A stretch of DNA of 63,091 nt, the filler included, from Stramenopiles sp. TOSAG23-2 (taxonomy: Eukaryota), in assembly GCA_900128395.1 (NCBI GenBank). It is 12 parts of 12 records of this genome, joined end to end, with 100 filler letters (N's around TTAATTAATTAA, not from the genome) between each part and the next. Parts side by side here need not be neighbours in the genome. Positions count along the whole stretch, not along the records: positions 52,286 to 58,692 come from LT650469.1; positions 58,793 to 60,159 come from LT653071.1; positions 60,260 to 61,625 come from LT653072.1; positions 61,726 to 63,091 come from LT653073.1; 8 more parts are not named here. One strand, given 5' to 3'. Below the pieces are notes generated by a model that was not told the DNA's origin, searched no databases, and was given only the letters and a program-made list of their open reading frames with translations. The translations under genes and the position numbers were made by a program. Position 1 is the first letter of the stretch; the number at the start of each line of letters is the position of its first letter. Positions 56,865 through 63,091 of the stretch are shown here, piece after piece.

Positions 56865-57050
56865 CTGGAAAAACACGACGCCCACTCCCCTCTCCCCCAC
56901 CAAAATACCTTGAAATCGTGAAAAAAACAACAAAATCTGAAATTTTCTTAGTATTAATAATCTATTACAGTATTAATATAATTTATTGCAGATTTTCAGG
57001 TATTAAATATTTTTGGTAGGGGGGAGGGAGGGGGCGTCGTGTTTTTCCAG
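56865..57050. mobile_element. 186-nt element with terminal inverted repeats of about 40 nt (MITE-like)
   Basis: Left arm CTGGAAAAACACGACGCCCACTCCCCTCTCCCCCACCAAAA versus reverse complement of the right arm CTGGAAAAACACGACGCCCCCTCCCTCCCCCCTACCAAAA (first 19 nt identical). CAC flanks both sides (56862-64, 57051-53). Confidence 0.6.
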
Positions 57051-57712
57051 CACTCCTCAGAAGAAAAGTCTAGGAACCTAGATTACTCCCGGAACATAAA
57101 TCTAATATTTAAATGAAATAAAGACGCCAAGCTTTATTATTATAGATTATGACTTATCACTTATCACTTTACCATTTTACATTTATTAATAATAGCAAAA
57201 AGTTCCTATTCTAGAGACTAAGATAGCCATGGAGAGGCGCAAATAATTTAAATTCATCACAACAAATATTATAATTACAAAATTAAAATTAATAATAAAA
57301 AATAAAATCACAAAAAATAATACAAAATTAGGAAAAGAACTATTATATTTCATATCAAACATTGTTGCATACATATACACTGTATACATAACATATTAAA
57401 TCGTAATCTTTTTGCTTAGAATTTATATTGTAGTCGATACATAATAATTATCCTTTTCCTTACAGAAAAATCACGTATAGAAGTAGTTGAAGAAACCAAT
57501 TACAAAACATTGAAAATTCATACACAACGACAACAAAAAAAAGTAAGCATTATATCCAAAAATAATAAATAATAACGCGAACTTCCTAATTTGTTGAAAT
57601 AGACATATATAGATAGAGATACATATAGAACAAATAAACATAGAATAGACAGATAGAACTAAAACTGCAAACACTCCTATACATATATATATCTGAATCA
57701 ATATCAAATAAA

Positions 57713-58692
57713 ATGAGTCATTTTTTTCTTGATGATTGGAAAAGTGCTCCAAGGGATCTACGTGGAATACCATTAACGTTAGGTTTTACTAACCCAGTGG
57801 AAAATATGCATTTACAAAAATTAAAAAATATTCATGATACAACTACAAAATTGTCAGTAAATGAACGTCGTGAAGTTGCAATATCATATGCTCTATCAAA
57901 TTTTCAGATAAAGGACAATATACCTCGTGAAGAGCCAACGGTGTTACGCCATCCAACCCCTTTATTGAAAAAACATAAACCTCGTGGTGTTTTAAGAGCA
58001 CGTAGTAGATATCCATTACCATATCATATTGGAACGCAAGCAAATGTAAAGAAAACAATACATTTTCGTTCCGTTTTATTGTTATTATTAAGAAATACGC
58101 ATGCAAAGAAGCCATTTACAAATAAGGTATTAGCGCGTATCAAAGATACTATTTTGTTTTATACCCCAAAGCAATTATATATCGCACATAAATATGCAAT
58201 GAAAATGCTTGGAAGTCATAATTTACCTTCATTAAAATCGGATACTGGTAGTGATAGCAGTGGCAACAGCAACAGCAACAACAACAAGAAGAAGGGAAAA
58301 AACAAGACTAATATGACTTCACCACGTGCTAGTAAAAGAAGAAAAGTGAGACAAAGTCCACGTGAAAAGGATGAAGCTAGTAATAAAACAATATCCGACA
58401 GTAATCAGGAAGTGAAAAGAATGACTCCAGAAGAATTAGTTGAAAAAGAACATGCGTTTTTAAAGGAAATAAATACATGGACATCATGGACACGTCAAGA
58501 AGATTTAAGAATTGCAGATATTAAAATTGGTAATTTAATTGATTTTTACGATGTTGGAACTGGAAGTTGGTATCAAGCACGAGCATTGAAAGAAACACGT
58601 CGTGGTGTTATTATACATTTGATTTGGCCAATAAAGCAACACAATAACCAAGTTTTGTTACAGAAAGAACATTTAAATACTCTTGTTAGACC
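57713..58692 (+). CDS. Hypothetical nuclear protein, 3'-partial, ending in a Tudor/Agenet-like segment
   Basis: NLS-like KRRKVR; IKIGNLIDFYDVGTGSWYQARAL...VIIHL; open to the contig edge. Confidence 0.6.
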
Positions 58693-59497
58693 NNNNNNNN
58701 NNNNNNNNNNNNNNNNNNNNNNNNNNNNNNNNNNNNTTAATTAATTAANNNNNNNNNNNNNNNNNNNNNNNNNNNNNNNNNNNNNNNNNNNNTTACTTTT
58801 CTCTATGAAGTATGTTTATTTTAATTATTTTGTATAAATAGATATATCGTCTCTACTATGACAACAAATAAAAACACAAGCAACCAAAAAATGAAAAGAA
58901 AATAAAAATAAAAAAAAAACAAACGCAAACCTAGCTATAGACGGAGTCTCTATATTTTATTATTTAAAACATTTCAATCAAACAAATATTTCACAACGGT
59001 TTAGGTTTTGTTGTACCAGGTACTTTTGTTTACTTGGCCGCGTTTTGCCATTTGTTGCCAGTTTGCATTTTCCAGCTTTTGGCACTTTGTGATTTGATGA
59101 TGAGATTTCCAGGATTTCCGGCGGCCCTTTTCCAACTGCTGTGCCACCTTATTTGGGCCAGGTGTGATGATGCCAGATTTTTTAGATTTGCTAATAGCAT
59201 GTAATTAGCATTAAACAATAAATTAGCAGCGTTTCATGTGTGTGTGATTTGTGTGTGTGAAAATTATTATTGGAATTTTGCGAAATTCTAGAGTACTGGT
59301 AATACTATTTACCTGCTATGATAATTCACACATGTTGTAATAATAAAAAAATATTGATGATATACATGTTGCACATGCACTTAGTTAAGTTATATATAAT
59401 ATGATAACGTTGTACAGAGAGAAAAAATAATAATCAACCACAAAATAAAATTAAGAAACAACAAAGACAAAAACGATAGTTGTGTAAAACAGTAACG

Positions 59498-59697
59498 AAA
59501 AATTTATATAAAACATTTTTAAAACAATTTGATAATCATGGAAGTAGTAAGCTCAAGCAGTAGTAGCAATTCCCACGCTGGAAAATCTGGTGGAAAAAAA
59601 AATTTATATAAAACATTTTTAAAACAATTTGATAATCATGGAAGTAGTAAGCTCAAGCAGTAGTAGCAATTCCCACGCTGGAAAATCTGGTGGAAAA
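59498..59697. repeat. 100-nt tandem duplication of the UBE2C 5' UTR and first codons
   Basis: Direct comparison; period 100. Confidence 0.9.
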
Positions 59698-60156
59698 GCA
59701 ACAACTAAACGTTTGCAAAGTGAATTAATGCAACTTATGATGTCTGGAGATAAAGACGCAACCGCTTTTCCACAAGGCGATAATCTTTTTGAATGGGTTG
59801 GCACCATCGTCGGTGCCAATGGTACAGTATACGAAGGTTTGACTTACAAATTGTCGTTGAAATTCCCAGCTGATTATCCATATTCAGCTCCAACTATTAA
59901 ATTCACAACTCCGTGTTTCCATCCTAATGTAGACCAATATGGTAATATATGCCTTGACATTTTAAAAGAAAAATGGTCAGCGGCATATAGTGTAAGTACA
60001 ATATTAGTATCGCTTCGTAGTCTTTTGGGCGAGCCTAATAATGATAGTCCTTTGAATGGATATGCAGCACAAATATGGGATGATCAAGTTGAATATAAAA
60101 AAGTTCTTTTGAAAAAATACAGTGAAGCTGTCTCAAGTTCTTCATCTGCAAAATAG
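59638..60156 (+). CDS. UBE2C: Ubiquitin-conjugating enzyme E2 C (APC/C E2)
   Basis: N-terminal extension then [45 protein letters not shown] and [13 protein letters not shown]. Confidence 0.93.
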   Translation: MEVVSSSSSSNSHAGKSGGKATTKRLQSELMQLMMSGDKDATAFPQGDNLFEWVGTIVGANGTVYEGLTYKLSLKFPADYPYSAPTIKFTTPCFHPNVDQYGNICLDILKEKWSAAYSVSTILVSLRSLLGEPNNDSPLNGYAAQIWDDQVEYKKVLLKKYSEAVSSSSSAK

Positions 60157-60825
60157 ATANNNNNNNNNNNNNNNNNNNNNNNNNNNNNNNNNNNNNNNNN
60201 NNNTTAATTAATTAANNNNNNNNNNNNNNNNNNNNNNNNNNNNNNNNNNNNNNNNNNNNGGATTATTATAAATATCCGTCTGTTGTTATTATTATTATAT
60301 ATATATATATATATATATATTTACCAATTAGTAAAGTTATTGTGCTTTGTATTATATTCCTTTATTAGAAGATGGTTTTAATATAATAAACCTAGTAGTA
60401 AGTTATTGTGCTTTTTGCTTTTTACAAGGTTTGCTGTTTGCTCACAGCTTACTGTATAATACCAGCTTGCCACGTATCTTCTTGCATACGTGAAATCTTC
60501 TTATATAGTAATATTAGTAATAGGCAGCTAAAACAAGTTAAACTTTTTTTTCTCAATCATGTGCATGGAAGGTGGAAGGCCTAACATGAAAGATAGATAA
60601 TTAAACAAAATAAAATGAATACATATTACACACAAATATATCTAGATAAAACACTTCGACACACGACAGGAATAGAATATCCAACAACATTTAAAGGTTT
60701 TCTAAACAAGTGGACATTTCTAATATGTTTAGGATTTATTTATTAGTGAGTAAAAAATATTTTATTTCCCGGTGTTAGTTTTTAACTCTTCGTTGCCCTC
60801 TTCAACAACTCCTAATATACCAATT

Positions 60826-61625
60826 CTAGATCAATTCTAGATATGACAATATTATTATTACAATCACAATAATATAAAAAAATCCCATGCTATATTGATT
60901 CCAGAAATAATGTAAATCCAGCAGTGCCCATAAAGATACGATAGGAAAGACAAGAACAAAATAATAATAATATCTCCCTAAAAACATTATGAGGGCTATT
61001 GAAAAGAATATGCTATGCACAATTTTGTACAGGACCATTCTTTTATCTTTATGTTCAAGCGAAACAATATGCTTTTCTAATTTTGTTATAGAGTAACCAT
61101 TTAAGCAAAATGAGTTCCCGCCCAGAGTAACCCCCCCCTCTAACTCGTTAACTGGGCCTTTTATAAGCTATTTAAACGATAGGTTAGCGTTAGTAAATTT
61201 AATTACATGTACTATTTTGTTAGATAGAACTTACTCCAATCGGGCAAGCGATAATACACCTATTAAAAGGAGCTAAACATGGACCTGTATAAAAAAAACA
61301 GGTCTCTGTTGGATAGAACGCTTTGGCTATAACATGTATGCCTTTGAAACCGTTAGGTACGAGAACCAAAGCACCACCTGCACAACACACACCAATAATT
61401 ATACCAAATATATTCAACCGCATTAATATATTCACCCCAATTTGCGCCGAAAAATATCCAATAACTACATCTAAAATCGACTTTAAAAACAAAAACACGA
61501 CAAAGTGGCGACTATTTTGTAGGCAAAATCTCCTTGACCGCATATATCGTAGAGTTTCTTGTGTGTCTTTATCTTGCCGTTCCATTACCATTGGAGTTGG
61601 TGCAATTTTATCTATACCTTCTTCA
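60826..61625 (-). CDS. Multi-pass membrane protein, 5'-partial; exons 61625-61235 and 61167-60826
   Basis: A 67-nt intron 61234-61168 (GTAAGT...CTAACGCTAAC...TAG) joins track ORFs 61220-61591 and 60826-61038 in frame; several hydrophobic helices. Confidence 0.65.
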
Positions 61626-61949
61626 NNNNNNNNNNNNNNNNNNNNNNNNNNNNNNNNNNNNNNNNNNNNTTAATTAATTAANNNNNNNNNNNNNNNNNNN
61701 NNNNNNNNNNNNNNNNNNNNNNNNNATATTTACATCTTGACCAACATTGTTGTTAATGATCATAATTCTCGTCTTTTTCATTTCGTGTCATAGAACACAA
61801 GTGCACAACGCACGTGGAACAATCCTGAAGAAATAAAATGCAAATCGCAAATATAATTCGCTGATCAACGGTAATCGTACTTAGACTGTACTGTAACCAA
61901 CATGTTCTCCCTATCTTTAAATAATACTTGCAAATTGGGACCAGGGCAA

Positions 61950-62066
61950 CAGGGACACAGCATGGATAATGTACTGTATACAGGGACACAGCAGGGATAA
62001 TGTACTGTATACAGGGACACAGCATTGTATAAAGGGACACAGCATTGTATAAAGGGACACAGCAGC
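61950..62066. repeat. Minisatellite with AGGGACACAGCA core (two 31-nt units, two 20-nt units, one partial)
   Basis: Five copies of agggacacagca with related spacers. Confidence 0.85.
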
Positions 62067-62507
62067 AGGATGAAAAAAAACAATATTTTCCAGTTGTTCA
62101 GTCTGTCCAGCTGTCCTGTATTATAATCTGTTAGTTGTTGTTAGACTATGTAATCTGTTAGTTGTTGTTATGAGTATTTCCTATTATTGAAATTATTCTA
62201 GTAGATTATAGTTTTTTGCGAGTTTTGCTGTGTGCTGTGCTGTTAAAATGTTGCTTTTTGTTGTGCACTTTTGTTGGATTTGTTGTTGCAACGAACTGTT
62301 TTGTTGTTTGTTGTTGTTGTTGTTGTTGCAACTGTTGTTGGATCTTTTTTTATTATTGCCAGATTGGCAAGCCAGCATTGAAGATGAGATAGAGAGAGTT
62401 GTTGTATACAGCTAATGCAAAAATGTAAACATGGGATATAATGTATAGAGAAGAGAGAGAGAAACGGAGAATTGTTAGACATATATATTAACATATAGAA
62501 CCAAACC

Positions 62508-63091
62508 ATGCCATCAAGTAGTAGTAGTACTGCTACAAAAAAAATCAGTTCTGTTATTAAAAAAAGTGTGGTTGAAAGACGCAAATGGTATTCTAATAAT
62601 TATCCAAAAGGTACACCGTTGGTATGTGCATGTGAAATAGACAAATTAACTGATGTAGAATTATTTATTAAAGGCCATGATGTAAAAGCTACTGGTATGA
62701 CATTGGAAGCAATGTTGAATCAAGTCGGTTGCGATTGTGAGGGTTTGCCACGTACACCTTTAATGGCAGCTGCAGAGAACGAACGGTTTGACATCGTTAT
62801 AACTTTAATGGGCCAATACAAAGCTGATCCTTTGAAAAGAAATGACACTGGAGCAGGGCCATTGCATTTAGCAGCTGCTAGTAACAAAAAAAATGTTGAA
62901 ATTATTAAACAATTATTAAATCGTATGTCTCTTAGTGGTATTAGTCAAAAAATTAAATTGCCGAATCATGATTTTTTTGGATACACTGCTACAGACTTTG
63001 CAAATAAGTTAAATACGTCAGACTTAAAAACCGAAATAGTTAATTTAATAGAACTGAAGAAAAGGAAATTAATAAATGAAATAAATATCAT
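62508..63091 (+). CDS. Ankyrin repeat protein, 3'-partial (absent from the ORF track)
   Basis: My translation: MPSSSS...PKGTPLVCACE...RTPLMAAAENERFDIVITLMGQYKADP...GAGPLHLAAAS...VEIIKQLL...GYTATDFA; open to the window end. Confidence 0.88.
   Translation, partial: MPSSSSSTATKKISSVIKKSVVERRKWYSNNYPKGTPLVCACEIDKLTDVELFIKGHDVKATGMTLEAMLNQVGCDCEGLPRTPLMAAAENERFDIVITLMGQYKADPLKRNDTGAGPLHLAAASNKKNVEIIKQLLNRMSLSGISQKIKLPNHDFFGYTATDFANKLNTSDLKTEIVNLIELKKRKLINEINI

Noticed and set aside
61950-62066. CRISPR-like array
   Set aside because: The 12-nt core is too short, the spacers are themselves repeated, there are no cas genes and the context is eukaryotic; it is a minisatellite.
1-63091. Apparent DNA-repair/oxidative-stress cluster (XRCC2, CRY-DASH, GPx, Fpg, EEP)
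   Set aside because: Only XRCC2, CRY-DASH and GPx share a scaffold (with an N gap at 1993-2059). The others are on separate contigs joined by artificial linkers, so no cluster can be claimed.

Overview
This window is not one locus. It is a concatenation of 12 unrelated eukaryotic contigs (nine of about 6.4 kb, three of about 1.37 kb) joined by an artificial 100-nt linker (44 N + TTAATTAATTAA + 44 N), so gene order across linkers means nothing. The DNA is AT-rich and gene-dense, with few short GT-AG introns and poly-Asn/poly-Gln tracts. It looks like a protist nuclear genome; a stramenopile-like flagellate from a single-cell or metagenomic assembly is my inference. Recognisable genes: XRCC2, cryptochrome DASH, a selenocysteine glutathione peroxidase (in-frame TGA plus an intron, missed by the ORF track), a 5'-truncated VPS13 with PDZ, a beta-helix/Cys-rich/mucin surface protein, a CAP-Gly coiled-coil protein, DUF1664, an RBR E3 ligase, a WDR19/IFT144-like propeller with a membrane anchor, a nitronate monooxygenase fragment, a PhyH dioxygenase with PTS1, Fpg glycosylase, an EcKinase-like kinase, DEX1, an EEP phosphoesterase, UBE2C and an ankyrin protein. 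Several short tandem or inverted duplications look like assembly artefacts and break real genes. Best leads: (1) a signal-peptide protein whose C-terminal CxxCH haem-c-like motif is hidden by a 62-nt duplication; (2) the Sec-GPx with no recognisable SECIS; (3) a positional motif grammar, with CCAG-core motifs upstream of genes and TACGA/TCGTA motifs downstream; (4) the tail-anchored IFT144 propeller; (5) a MITE-like element and a dispersed repeat family.
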